Shown in pieces: positions 27,600 to 39,090 of a DNA stretch of 64,000 nucleotides. Numbering within the stretch: position 1 is the first letter of the stretch; the number at the start of each line of letters is the position of its first letter. The stretch spans positions 74,527 to 138,526 of the forward strand of contig JBIIRM010000001.1 in assembly GCA_044341565.1 (NCBI GenBank), written 5' to 3'. Source of the DNA: Minisyncoccia bacterium (GTDB lineage: Bacteria; Patescibacteriota; Minisyncoccia; SW-4-49-11). The translations under genes were made by a program, and so were the position numbers. The notes below the pieces were generated by a model. The model searched no databases. It saw only the letters and a program-made list of their open reading frames with translations, and was not told where the DNA came from.

Positions 27600-27731
27600 A
27601 GACATACGTCTGATTAAAAAGACAGAACATTCACAATTCAATCAACTTACAACCAAAATTGTAAGGTTCAATAACTATTCCTTTATAGTAAACAAGAAAA
27701 AGTAGATGTTTTTTAGGAACAATCTGACGTT

Positions 27732-29234
<1,503 letters not shown>

Positions 29235-29441
29235 TAAGGATATGCCTGTTGAAGTAATTCAACAAGGAATGGTCGGTCAAGATGTAAATCTTGATACTTT
29301 TACACCAACAAATCCTTATCTTTTGAGATAAGGTGCGTCAGATTGTTACTAAAAGACATGTACTTGAATAATTATTGAATGGATTGAATTGTGTATAATA
29401 AAACAGATTTCTCTTGTATAGGGGAGTCTGTTTTATTTTAT

Positions 29442-31022
29442 ATGAGAATGGTGTATAATACTTCTATTATGGTAAGAAAATTAAAGACATTATTTCCAGC
29501 CTCAACCCTTGTATATGCTACTGGGTCATTGGTTATATTGAGTATTTTATCTCGTATTTTAGGTTTAGTCAGGGATAGATTATTAACCAGTACTATTCCA
29601 CTATCAGAGCTAGATTCGTATTTTTCGGCTTTCCGTATTCCAGATTTTTTATATAATATTTTAATTTTAGGTACATTATCTAGTGCTTTTATCCCTCTAT
29701 TTAGTAAATTAATTAATCGAAAAGATAAATCAGAAGAGGCTCAGGCATTAATCAAGGATGTCTTATTAGTAATTGGACTTTTGATGGGTATAGTATCGCT
29801 ATTAATGATAGTCTTCGCTCCCTATTTAGTAAAAATGGTAACCATCTCATATGATAATGAGAAATTTATAAATACAGTAAATTTAACCCGTATTATGGCA
29901 ATCTCTCCCTTGATATTTAGTATATCAAGTATTTTATCTAGTGTACTGAATGCGTATAAAAAATTTGTTATCGTAGCCCTGGGACCACTATTATATAATT
30001 TTGGAATTATTATTGGTATTGTATATTTTTATCCTGAGTGGGGAATAGCTGGGCTTGGATATGGAGTGATTTTGGGGGCTTTCTTACATCTTTTCATACA
30101 AATCCCAAGTATATTACAGCTTAATATACGCTTACAAATCAGTACAAATCTTCATATCAAAAATCTACAGAAATTATGGAAATTATATTGGCCAAGACTT
30201 TTGGTGATTGATACTGCGATGATTAGCTTATTTATTGGTACTATTATCGCCTCCACAAGAGCAAATGCTGTCACCTATTTTACTCTTGCTTTTAATCTTA
30301 ATACATTACCTCTTGGAATTATCGCCTTATCTTTTGCAACAGCGGTATTCCCATTTTTAACAGAAGCCTATACTAAGGGAGATGAAAAAGCATTTAGAAA
30401 TTATGTTATAGGAGGTATTGCTAAGAATTTATTAATATTAATTCCTGTAATGATGCTTATGCTCAACTTTAGAGCTCAATTAGTACGTATTGTATATGGG
30501 GGTGGAGTCTTTGATTGGGAAGCAACACGCATTACTTTTGATACATTTACTATATTGGCTTTATCCATACCATTTCAAGGTCTTATCCCCTTATTTAGTA
30601 GAACATTATTCGCTCGCCATGATACCAAAACTCCAACCATAGTGGGTATTATTAGTATGATATTCAATATATTCTTAGCCCTTATATTAAGTCATTATTG
30701 GGGGGTACAAGGGGTGGCCGCAGCCTTCTCTATTACTATTATTGCAACTTGTCTGATGTATGGGGCTATTATATTTAAAACCATTAATCATGGAAGTATT
30801 ATACGCACTATTCGATACGGTATACAGATTGGTATTTGGTCATTTGGTATGGTAATTATTGCATATGGATTAAAGCATTTACTTGGAAATATATGGGGAA
30901 CTAATACCACATTGGCTTTGATTTTACAGGTGCTCGGAGCCTCTATACCGGCTCTTGCAATTTATGCTTTTATCACATGGAAACTGGGACTCACAAAAGT
31001 ATTATTACAGGAAAAAGAGTAG
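29442..31022 (+). CDS. murJ: Lipid II flippase MurJ (MviN)
   Basis: Polytopic membrane protein; …VILSILSRILGLVRDRLLTSTIPLSELDSYFSAFRIPDFLYNIL… parallels the MurJ N-terminus; true start uncertain (tracked ORF starts at a GTG at 29391; in-frame ATGs at 29442, 29448 and 29469). Confidence 0.8.
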   Translation: MRMVYNTSIMVRKLKTLFPASTLVYATGSLVILSILSRILGLVRDRLLTSTIPLSELDSYFSAFRIPDFLYNILILGTLSSAFIPLFSKLINRKDKSEEAQALIKDVLLVIGLLMGIVSLLMIVFAPYLVKMVTISYDNEKFINTVNLTRIMAISPLIFSISSILSSVLNAYKKFVIVALGPLLYNFGIIIGIVYFYPEWGIAGLGYGVILGAFLHLFIQIPSILQLNIRLQISTNLHIKNLQKLWKLYWPRLLVIDTAMISLFIGTIIASTRANAVTYFTLAFNLNTLPLGIIALSFATAVFPFLTEAYTKGDEKAFRNYVIGGIAKNLLILIPVMMLMLNFRAQLVRIVYGGGVFDWEATRITFDTFTILALSIPFQGLIPLFSRTLFARHDTKTPTIVGIISMIFNIFLALILSHYWGVQGVAAAFSITIIATCLMYGAIIFKTINHGSIIRTIRYGIQIGIWSFGMVIIAYGLKHLLGNIWGTNTTLALILQVLGASIPALAIYAFITWKLGLTKVLLQEKE

Positions 31023-31093
31023 AGTCTTTTTGCTAATTTCTTGACAAAAAGACAAAAGTATACTATAACAAGTATACTTTTTGTTCTTTCATT

Positions 31094-31291
31094 ATGACTT
31101 CTTCTATTCAGAAAAAGCAAAGAATTAGATTGACCTATAGTCTTTTTGCCCTACTTTCCATCGGATCTGCGGTAGGACTATTCTTTAACCCACTTTTCTT
31201 TGCTCCATTGGCTATTGTCTTAAATGGTTTGTTCGGCTTACTTCTAACCCTACATGTCTTATTTGATAAAAGGTGGAGTAATCATCAATAA
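31094..31291 (+). CDS. Small hypothetical membrane protein (65 aa, two predicted TM helices)
   Basis: Has its own promoter-like TTGACA-17-TATAAC upstream and a terminator hairpin directly downstream. Confidence 0.3.
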   Translation: MTSSIQKKQRIRLTYSLFALLSIGSAVGLFFNPLFFAPLAIVLNGLFGLLLTLHVLFDKRWSNHQ

Positions 31292-31325
31292 CCGAGCGTC
31301 GTAATATGGTGACTCGGTTTTTAAT
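31291..31325 (+). terminator. Probable rho-independent terminator
   Basis: ACCGAG…CTCGGT stem followed by TTTTT. Confidence 0.4.
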
Positions 31326-31366
31326 TACTTGTAAAACATAGTAAAATTAGCTATAATAAAGGCTAT

Positions 31367-33160
31367 ATGCAATATATTCGTAATTTTAGTATTATCGCTC
31401 ATATTGATCATGGGAAATCAACTTTGTCTGATCGTATTTTAGAATTAACCCATACAGTTGAAAAACGTAATATGAAGGCTCAGCTATTAGATTCTATGGA
31501 ATTGGAGCGAGAGCGTGGTATTACTATCAAAATGCAACCAGTTCGAGTAAAATATACCCATCAGGGGCAAGAATATACATTAAATTTGATTGATACTCCA
31601 GGCCATGTAGATTTCTCTTATGAAGTTTCTCGTAGTCTTGCAGCAGTGGAAGGAGCGATTTTATTGGTGGACGCCACACAAGGTATACAAGCTCAAACTA
31701 TTGCTAATGTGTATTTAGCTATTGATCAGGATTTGGTAATTATCCCTGCTGTGAATAAAGTAGATTTACCACATGCTCGGGTGTCTGAAGTGAAGCAAGA
31801 AATATGTGAATTATTAGGAGTAGAGGAATCTGATATTCTAGAAATATCAGGTAAAACAGGGCAGGGGGTACCTGAATTATTAGATCAAGTTATTGCTGAA
31901 ATTCCCTCTCCCCAGACTAATTCTAATAATCCTCATGATTTTAGAGCTTTAATATTTGACTCCGCCTTTGATTCTTATAAAGGAGTAATTGCACATATTC
32001 GAGTAGTAGATGGGGCTATACATACTGCTGATGCAATCAAAATGTTAGCAAAAAAACAAGAAGCTCAGGCTCTTGAAATTGGGGTATTTACTCCACAAAT
32101 GACTAAATTAGATATATTATCTGCAGGAAGTATTGGTTATATTGCAACTGGGCTCAAAAATGTAGAAAATGTAAGAGTAGGGGATACTATTGTTAAATTT
32201 CCTGAAGGACAGGAATTAGCCCCTTTAGCTGAATATCTAGAACCGGTACCGGTGGTATATGCTAGTATTTTTGTAGAGAGCACAGAAGAATACCCCATAT
32301 TACGGGATGCTTTGAATAAATTGCAATTATCGGATTCATCTCTTGTATTCGAACCTGAAGCAAAAGAGGCTTTAGGTAAGGGGTTTCGTTGTGGGTTTTT
32401 GGGTATGCTTCATCTTGACATTATAACTGAGCGTCTCAAGAGGGAATATGAATTAGAGCTTATTATTAGTACCCCCTCAGTTGCTTATAGTGTAGAGCAA
32501 ACCAATGGAGATACGTATACTATTTATTCCGCCTCAGATTTCCCTGATAATACCAAATTATCTCGTATATTGGAGCCCTTTGTACGGCTTGAAATTATGA
32601 CCCCAAAAGAATATATTGGGGCAGTAATGGATTTATTACAAAAAAGGCGTGGGCAATTTATTAATACTCGCTATATTGGAGAAGATAGAGCTATTATAGA
32701 ATATCAAATTCCATTGGCCAAGGTTATTGTCGATTTTTATGATGTGCTTAAAAGTATTACTTCAGGATATGCTTCAGTTAATTATTATCCTCTTGAGGCT
32801 CAAGAGGCTGAAGTAGTTAAATTAGATATTATGGTAGCAGGAGAAGCTCAAGAAGCCTTATCCCATATCGTATATAAGGATGAAGCTCATGATGAGGGTA
32901 AACGCATTGTGCATAGATTAAAGGAGTCACTTCCCCGCCAACAATACTCAGTTGCTCTACAGGCTTCTATTGGAGGCACTATAGTAGCACGCGAGACATT
33001 ATCGGCTTTTCGTAAAGATGTTATTGCTAAATTATATGGAGGAGACAGGACACGTAAGGATAAATTATTGAAAAAACAAAAAGAAGGGAAAAAGCGTATG
33101 CGTGATACTGCTAGAATACATATTCCAAAAGAGGTGTATTTAGAAGTGTTAAAGCGTTAA
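31367..33160 (+). CDS. lepA: Elongation factor 4 (LepA)
   Basis: 597 aa; IRNFSIIAHIDHGKSTLSDRIL G-domain and LepA-specific C-terminal domain. Confidence 0.9.
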   Translation: MQYIRNFSIIAHIDHGKSTLSDRILELTHTVEKRNMKAQLLDSMELERERGITIKMQPVRVKYTHQGQEYTLNLIDTPGHVDFSYEVSRSLAAVEGAILLVDATQGIQAQTIANVYLAIDQDLVIIPAVNKVDLPHARVSEVKQEICELLGVEESDILEISGKTGQGVPELLDQVIAEIPSPQTNSNNPHDFRALIFDSAFDSYKGVIAHIRVVDGAIHTADAIKMLAKKQEAQALEIGVFTPQMTKLDILSAGSIGYIATGLKNVENVRVGDTIVKFPEGQELAPLAEYLEPVPVVYASIFVESTEEYPILRDALNKLQLSDSSLVFEPEAKEALGKGFRCGFLGMLHLDIITERLKREYELELIISTPSVAYSVEQTNGDTYTIYSASDFPDNTKLSRILEPFVRLEIMTPKEYIGAVMDLLQKRRGQFINTRYIGEDRAIIEYQIPLAKVIVDFYDVLKSITSGYASVNYYPLEAQEAEVVKLDIMVAGEAQEALSHIVYKDEAHDEGKRIVHRLKESLPRQQYSVALQASIGGTIVARETLSAFRKDVIAKLYGGDRTRKDKLLKKQKEGKKRMRDTARIHIPKEVYLEVLKR

Positions 33161-33232
33161 ATAGGGGATATTGTATTATTTATAGGGAAGGTGTATAATA
33201 ATGGGGAAAAGAATTATTAATAATATACATAT

Positions 33233-33787
33233 ATGACAACCCCAATTTTGATACTTATCGCAATTGTAGTTATTGTACTTATTTATGGTGTTTCTCTCTA
33301 TAATACCTTTGTGTCTCTACGTCAAAAAGTTGCTGAAGCTTGGGCAGATATTGATGTTCAATTAAAGCGTCGATATGATCTTATTCCTAATTTGGTAGAA
33401 ACTGTAAAAGGATATGCTTCGCATGAATCAGGGGTATTCGAGGAAGTAACTAAGGCTAGAGCACAAGCTATACAAGCTACAGGATTAGAGCAAAAGGCAG
33501 AAGCTGAAAATGCTTTATCAGGAACATTAAAAAGTCTATTTGCAGTATCTGAGGCGTATCCAGATTTGAAGGCAAATCAGAATTTCTTAGAATTACAAAG
33601 AGAACTTAGTGATACAGAGAATAAAATCCAAGCATCTCGAAGATTTTATAATAGTGTTGTTCTATCTCTTAATACTAAGGTGGAAAGTTTTCCAGATAGC
33701 TTTATTGCATCTTCTTTTGGATTTGAAAAGAAAGAATATTTTGAAATTGCTGAAGCTGAAAAAGAAGTAGTAAAAGTTTCCTTCTAA
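33233..33787 (+). CDS. lemA: LemA family protein
   Basis: 184 aa; N-terminal TM followed by the LemA domain (…LYNTFVSLRQKVAEAWADIDVQLKRRYDLIPNLVETVKGYASHE…). Confidence 0.75.
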   Translation: MTTPILILIAIVVIVLIYGVSLYNTFVSLRQKVAEAWADIDVQLKRRYDLIPNLVETVKGYASHESGVFEEVTKARAQAIQATGLEQKAEAENALSGTLKSLFAVSEAYPDLKANQNFLELQRELSDTENKIQASRRFYNSVVLSLNTKVESFPDSFIASSFGFEKKEYFEIAEAEKEVVKVSF

Positions 33788-33806
33788 GCAATAACCAAGA
33801 GTTTAT

Positions 33807-34718
33807 ATGACCTTATACGATCACAAAGATCAGAATATCCGAAAAACCTGGGTATTAATGACAGTATTTATTGCCGTTGTTGTTGGAATAGCCTGGGTAT
33901 TTAGTTATACATTAGATAGTCCAAGTATTTTTGTCTGGGCTTTGATTGGGAGTTTATTTATGAATGTGATTTCCTATTGGTATTCTGATAGTATAGTGCT
34001 TTCAATATCCAATGCTCAGCCAATAGATACTAAAAACCCAGAAGAAAAGCGCATATATAGACTTTTAGAAAATCTAGCTATTACCGCTGGATTACCGACA
34101 CCTAAACTATATATTATCAAAGACACTGCTATGAATGCTTTTGCAACCGGCAGAAATCCGGAGCATTCTGCTATTGCTCTTACTACCGGTATTATATCAA
34201 GATTAGAGCAATCTGAATTAGAAGGAGTAATTGCTCATGAATTATCTCATATTGGGAATCGTGATACCCTGATTCAGACTATATCAGTAGTATTGGTGGG
34301 ACTGGTAGCTCTACTTGCTGATTGGTTTTTACGCATTAGCTTTTGGCGGGGCGTAGGTGGGAGAAGCAATAATAATGATAATGGACAATTAGGAGTAATA
34401 TTGGGTATTATAGCTATAGTTCTTGCAATTCTAGCTCCTATTTTTGTACAATTATTACATTTAGCTATATCTCGTAAAAGAGAATATTTAGCAGATGCTA
34501 GTGGAGCTTTACTTACTCGTTACCCTGAAGGATTAGCAACCGCCTTAGAAAAAATCAGTAAGGATACTGAACCCCTAGAGGTCGCCAATAGAGCCACAGC
34601 TCATTTATATATTTCAAATCCACTTAAAGGTGGTGGGGCAAAGGATTTGTTCTCCACACATCCGCCCATTAATAAGCGTATAGCAGCTCTTCGTGGAATG
34701 GACATAGATACAGTATAA
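33807..34718 (+). CDS. htpX: M48-family zinc metalloprotease HtpX-like
   Basis: 303 aa; HELSHIGNRD (HExxH) within a 4-TM scaffold. Confidence 0.7.
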   Translation: MTLYDHKDQNIRKTWVLMTVFIAVVVGIAWVFSYTLDSPSIFVWALIGSLFMNVISYWYSDSIVLSISNAQPIDTKNPEEKRIYRLLENLAITAGLPTPKLYIIKDTAMNAFATGRNPEHSAIALTTGIISRLEQSELEGVIAHELSHIGNRDTLIQTISVVLVGLVALLADWFLRISFWRGVGGRSNNNDNGQLGVILGIIAIVLAILAPIFVQLLHLAISRKREYLADASGALLTRYPEGLATALEKISKDTEPLEVANRATAHLYISNPLKGGGAKDLFSTHPPINKRIAALRGMDIDTV

Positions 34719-34730
34719 TAAAACAACTTT

Positions 34731-36158
34731 ATGGATAAGCTAGTTAAAAGAACAAAAATTGTCAGTACTCTTAGCCCTCGTGTAGCTACGGAAGAATCTT
34801 TAATAGAATTTATTAAAGCAGGAGCTAATGTATTTCGGCTGAATTTTTCTCATGGAAGTCATGAGGAATATACTCAAATGATTCAAACCATTAAAAAAGT
34901 GCGTACAGATTTATCTATTCCTGTCGCTATACTCCAAGATTTACAGGGTCCAAGAGTAAGAGTAGGAGCTCTAGAGAATCCATTAGATATTGTGGTAGGG
35001 GAAACTATTTATATTACCAATGATACAGGGGTATACCATTTTGAAGAAGGAGTCAAAACATTACCTATTGATCATGATTTAAGTCCTATTTTAAAACCAG
35101 GAGAAACCGTATTAATAGAAGATGGACTTATTGAATTATTGGTATTGGAATCAATGCCTGATAAACAATATACTATTGCTGAGGCCAGAACAAATTCTCA
35201 GATTAAAGGAAGAAAAGGAGTTAATTTCCCGGGTAGTTCTGTTAATTTCCCTGTTATTACCGAAAAAGATAAAGCTGATTTAAGTTTTGGTCTACAGCAA
35301 GGCGTTGATTTTATTGCTATGTCTTTTGTACGATCAGCTGAGGATATTAAAGAGTTAAGAAGACTGATTGAATCAGATAATAATAAGATGAATAGTCCTC
35401 TTATTATTGCTAAAATTGAAAAACCTGATGCAGTAGCTCAAATTGACTCTATTATGGATGAAGTTGATGGTATTATGGTAGCAAGAGGAGATTTGGGTAT
35501 TGAAGTTCAGGCTGAAAGAGTGCCCATTATTCAAAAACATATTATTGAACTTGCTTTACTTAAAGGAAAGCATGTAATTGTTGCGACCCAAATGTTGGAT
35601 TCTATGATTCGTAATCCCCGTCCAACTCGAGCTGAGGTTTCGGATGTGGCTAATGCAGTTATTGATCATACTGATGCTGTAATGTTATCTGGTGAGACTT
35701 CGGGAGGAGCTTATCCTTTAGAGGCAGTATTAATGATGCAGAAAATTATTACTGCAACTGAGGAATCATCATATGATAATTTTTTGGATGAATATATTGC
35801 GGGTGATGAGGATAAGAATATTTATCGAGAACTTGCGTATGGAGCTCAGCATTTAGCAAGAGCTAGCGAAGTGGATGGAATTGTGATTATTGATAAAGAA
35901 GGTAAAGGGGTGGCTGAATATATGTCTCAATTTAGAGCAGAAATTCCTGTATTTGTAATTACAGAAAATCAGGAATACTTTTATCATACTGCTTTGACTT
36001 GGGGAGTCATAGGATTGTTACAAACAGATAATAACCCATATGAGCTGATTCAGAATATTCGCCAAGAACATTTTGATACGAATATTGATGGACATTATTT
36101 TGTGGTAGTTGATATTAGTGAGGTTGGAAGAGAGTCTATACAGATGTTTTTTGTATAA
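34731..36158 (+). CDS. pyk: Pyruvate kinase
   Basis: 475 aa; KIVSTLSP…NFSHG, …[10 protein letters not shown]…, …ATQMLDSM… PK signatures. Confidence 0.9.
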   Translation: MDKLVKRTKIVSTLSPRVATEESLIEFIKAGANVFRLNFSHGSHEEYTQMIQTIKKVRTDLSIPVAILQDLQGPRVRVGALENPLDIVVGETIYITNDTGVYHFEEGVKTLPIDHDLSPILKPGETVLIEDGLIELLVLESMPDKQYTIAEARTNSQIKGRKGVNFPGSSVNFPVITEKDKADLSFGLQQGVDFIAMSFVRSAEDIKELRRLIESDNNKMNSPLIIAKIEKPDAVAQIDSIMDEVDGIMVARGDLGIEVQAERVPIIQKHIIELALLKGKHVIVATQMLDSMIRNPRPTRAEVSDVANAVIDHTDAVMLSGETSGGAYPLEAVLMMQKIITATEESSYDNFLDEYIAGDEDKNIYRELAYGAQHLARASEVDGIVIIDKEGKGVAEYMSQFRAEIPVFVITENQEYFYHTALTWGVIGLLQTDNNPYELIQNIRQEHFDTNIDGHYFVVVDISEVGRESIQMFFV

Positions 36159-36161
36159 ATT

Positions 36162-36190
36162 TTGACAAGATAACAAATATAAGGTAATAT
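36162..36190 (+). promoter_or_regulatory. sigma70-like promoter for secE-nusG (TTGACA-17-TAATAT)
   Basis: TTGACA 36162-36167, 17-nt spacer, TAATAT 36185-36190. Confidence 0.45.
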
Positions 36191-36195
36191 TAGAC

Positions 36196-36396
36196 ATGCT
36201 ATTGAAGAATATTATGATAGGACCCATACAATATATTAAAGAGTCACAAGCTGAGATCAAAAAAGTCACTTGGCCAACTCGAGAAAAAGCATTTCAATAT
36301 ACTGGTATTGTTGCTATTATTTCTATTGTATCTATGATTATATTGGGTGGATTAGATATATTCTTCAACTTTATTCTCAAAACATTTATTCTCTAA
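36196..36396 (+). CDS. secE: Preprotein translocase subunit SecE
   Basis: 66 aa; …EIKKVTWPTREKAFQYTGIVAIISIV… single C-terminal TM; precedes nusG. Confidence 0.7.
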   Translation: MLLKNIMIGPIQYIKESQAEIKKVTWPTREKAFQYTGIVAIISIVSMIILGGLDIFFNFILKTFIL

Positions 36397-36410
36397 TTTA
36401 GACTTTCGAT

Positions 36411-36959
36411 ATGGCAAAGCAACATCCTATTAGTATAGAAAAAAATTGGTATGTTATTCATAGTGTATCAGGACTAGAAGATAATGTGGCCCAGAATTTG
36501 AAAAAAAGAATAGAATCTCTTTCTATGGAAGATTATATTTTTGATGTTGTAGTTCCAAAGGAAAAGAAAATTAAAATTAAGAATGGGAAAAGAGTTACCG
36601 TAGAAGAGAGGATTTTTCCTGGATATGTATTTGTAGAAATGATTGTAACAGATAATTCTTGGTATGTTGTGCGGAATACTCCCAATGTAACAGGATTTAT
36701 TGGAGCTGGTACAACTCCAATTCCAGTTTCACCTGATGAAATGCATTTTATTGAAAAGAAAGTAACCAAAGAAGAGCCTAAATATACTCTTAATATTGAT
36801 ATTGATGATTTGGTTAAAATTACCGATGGACCATTTAAAGATTTTGAAGGAAAAGTATCTGAAGTTGATGAATCAAAAGGAAAATTGAAGGTTTTGGTAA
36901 ATATGTTTGGACGAAATACTCCTGTAGAGCTCGATTCACTACAAATCAAAAAAGTATAA
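36411..36959 (+). CDS. nusG: Transcription termination/antitermination factor NusG
   Basis: 182 aa; NGN domain (WYVIHSVSGLEDNV) and C-terminal KOW (…KITDGPFKDFEGKVSEVD…). Confidence 0.85.
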   Translation: MAKQHPISIEKNWYVIHSVSGLEDNVAQNLKKRIESLSMEDYIFDVVVPKEKKIKIKNGKRVTVEERIFPGYVFVEMIVTDNSWYVVRNTPNVTGFIGAGTTPIPVSPDEMHFIEKKVTKEEPKYTLNIDIDDLVKITDGPFKDFEGKVSEVDESKGKLKVLVNMFGRNTPVELDSLQIKKV

Positions 36960-36974
36960 ACTCAATTTGAGTTT

Positions 36975-37295
36975 ATGAAACATTTTACAAAAATGGTAGA
37001 AGATTTTATTTGTAAAAATTGCGGATTATCTGTACATGGTAATGGGTATACGAATCATTGTCCAGAATGTTTATATTCTCTTCATGTAGATAATTATCCA
37101 GGAGACAGACAAGAGAATTGTCAGGGTTTAATGAAGCCAATTGATATCATATCTAAAGGAGGGTATCCCATAGATATTATTCATGAATGTCAGATATGTC
37201 ATAGTATTAAATATAATAAAGTCAATGATAATGACTCTACTAATACGATTATTGAAATAATGAAAGAAAAAGTGAAAAAAGAAATGATGCGATAA
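36975..37295 (+). CDS. Small Cys-rich zinc-ribbon protein, probably of the RNHCP domain family
   Basis: 106 aa; CKNCG…TNHCPEC…CQICH; the NHCP motif matches the family name as I recall it. Confidence 0.4.
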   Translation: MKHFTKMVEDFICKNCGLSVHGNGYTNHCPECLYSLHVDNYPGDRQENCQGLMKPIDIISKGGYPIDIIHECQICHSIKYNKVNDNDSTNTIIEIMKEKVKKEMMR

Positions 37296-37350
37296 TATCT
37301 TATATATAATCGATTTATGGTATACTAAAATAAAGATTCAAAATTAATAT

Positions 37351-39042
37351 ATGGAATATACAAATCAATTTTTATCAATAGGATTATTGGTATTGAGCGG
37401 GATGATTAATTTCATTATCGGAATATTCATTTATTTTTTTGCATATCAATTATCCCATGGTAAATATGTATCATCTAAATATTTTGCATATCTTTGTTTT
37501 GGTATATTTACTTGGGCTTTATGGTTGGGGCTCCGAACCTTATATTTTTATCCTGAAGGAAATATATGGGGTATATATATTGCTAATATTGCTATTTATA
37601 TTACTATTATTAGTGTTGTACAGGTATTAGTGTTTTTTGGATTAGCTTTTCATAATACTCAACGTACATTTCATCAATATCGATTTTTATATTATCCTTA
37701 TATTTTGGTTGCAATAGCAATTCTTATCCCACAAGTTGGAATATTACAATTAGATGCTAATAATCCCATTGCATATCAATCATTAGCATATTATATATTT
37801 ATTCTTTATATTGTGAGTTATAGTATTTTATATATAAGTTTATTAGTATATCGCTATAATAGGGTAACTAATCATACAGCAAAAAGACATATACAAATTA
37901 TATTATTGGGGACAATATTTAGTTTATTAGCAGCATCTATCACAAATATTATACTTCCATCTATATTTGGTAATACTCAGTTTATTTATTATGGTCCAAT
38001 TGCAACGGTAGTATTATCAGCAACAGTATTATTTGCTATTATTCGGTATCGATTATTTCGTATACAGCTTCCTATTGCAGGACTCATGACAACATTGGTT
38101 ATTACTATTATATTATTAATTATACGATTTATTATTATTGATAATAATTTTTCGGAGGGAGTACAGTCAACTATGTTAGTCGTATTTATGTTTACCTGTT
38201 TATATACATTTTTAACCAGAGAAGCTTATGTAGGTGCCCAGAAACAAGTTATTCTCGATAATAAAAAACAAGAATTAGAAATTGCACTTGACTCCAAAAA
38301 TGATTTTTTGAAAAATGCCTCTCATCAACTCAGAACTCCATTAACAGTTATACAGGGATATTTAGCAATGATTACGGGAAAAGAAGATCCCAAATATACA
38401 TTAAATCAAGCAGCATTAGATGATTTGCAAAAAGCCTATATCAGTGCAAAAAATTTGAATGAAATTATTAATGATGTATTATCCGCTAATGATGTTAATG
38501 CAGGTCGTTTTGGTATAAATATCAAAGATACCATCGATTTAAAGGAATTAATTGATACGATTATTGAGGAAAAACATGAATTATTGAATAGTAAATCAAC
38601 TAAAGTAGTATTTAAGAGTAAAGGGACCGGTATGCAAGCCTTTATTGATAAAGGGAAATTAAAGGAAGCTCTTAATAATATTATTGATAATGCTGTCTTT
38701 TATGGGAAAGGAAAAATTAGTATTACTCTTGATGCTAAGGGAAAAGAATTTTTCATTATATCAGTTCAGGATAATGGGGTAGGTATTACCAAAGAAGATG
38801 CTAAGAAAATCTGGAGAAAATTTGAGAGAGGTAAAAAATCATCACTTATTAACCCCAATGGGTCTGGACTTGGGTTATATTTAGCAAAGCAAATTATGCT
38901 GAAACATGGTGGCGACATAGAGGCCCACTCAGATGGGAGAGATCAAGGTAGCATATTCATATTTACTCTTCCAAAGGAAACCTTAACGCATGCCCCAGCA
39001 GAATCATTTGGTATTAATATACCACAGGCTACTCAAGGGTAG
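37351..39042 (+). CDS. Membrane sensor histidine kinase (multi-TM N-terminal domain, no receiver)
   Basis: 563 aa; ~7-8 TM helices, H-box NASHQLRTPLTVIQGYL, G-box GSGLGLYLAK. Confidence 0.8.
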   Translation: MEYTNQFLSIGLLVLSGMINFIIGIFIYFFAYQLSHGKYVSSKYFAYLCFGIFTWALWLGLRTLYFYPEGNIWGIYIANIAIYITIISVVQVLVFFGLAFHNTQRTFHQYRFLYYPYILVAIAILIPQVGILQLDANNPIAYQSLAYYIFILYIVSYSILYISLLVYRYNRVTNHTAKRHIQIILLGTIFSLLAASITNIILPSIFGNTQFIYYGPIATVVLSATVLFAIIRYRLFRIQLPIAGLMTTLVITIILLIIRFIIIDNNFSEGVQSTMLVVFMFTCLYTFLTREAYVGAQKQVILDNKKQELEIALDSKNDFLKNASHQLRTPLTVIQGYLAMITGKEDPKYTLNQAALDDLQKAYISAKNLNEIINDVLSANDVNAGRFGINIKDTIDLKELIDTIIEEKHELLNSKSTKVVFKSKGTGMQAFIDKGKLKEALNNIIDNAVFYGKGKISITLDAKGKEFFIISVQDNGVGITKEDAKKIWRKFERGKKSSLINPNGSGLGLYLAKQIMLKHGGDIEAHSDGRDQGSIFIFTLPKETLTHAPAESFGINIPQATQG

Positions 39043-39090
39043 TATTCTTATGAGTAATATGGTATGATTAAGCCGCTTTAAAGCTATATT

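Noticed and set aside
29391-29399. Recurrent GTGTATAAT 9-mers (29391, 29451, 33191, 55534; and the related GTGTATACT at 21753) considered as a dispersed repeat or mobile-element end
   Set aside because: Every copy sits at promoter distance upstream of a gene start, so they are best explained as TG-extended -10 promoter elements, which AT-rich genomes favour, not as a repeat family
36533-36949. 138-aa antisense ORF inside nusG, and similar antisense or alternative-frame ORFs (e.g. 854-1063, 2315-2539, 3907-4167, 44505-44810, 53283-53526, 56256-56564, 63100-63479)
   Set aside because: They are fully embedded in well-supported genes on the opposite strand or in another frame, and their low-complexity translations are typical of AT-rich noise
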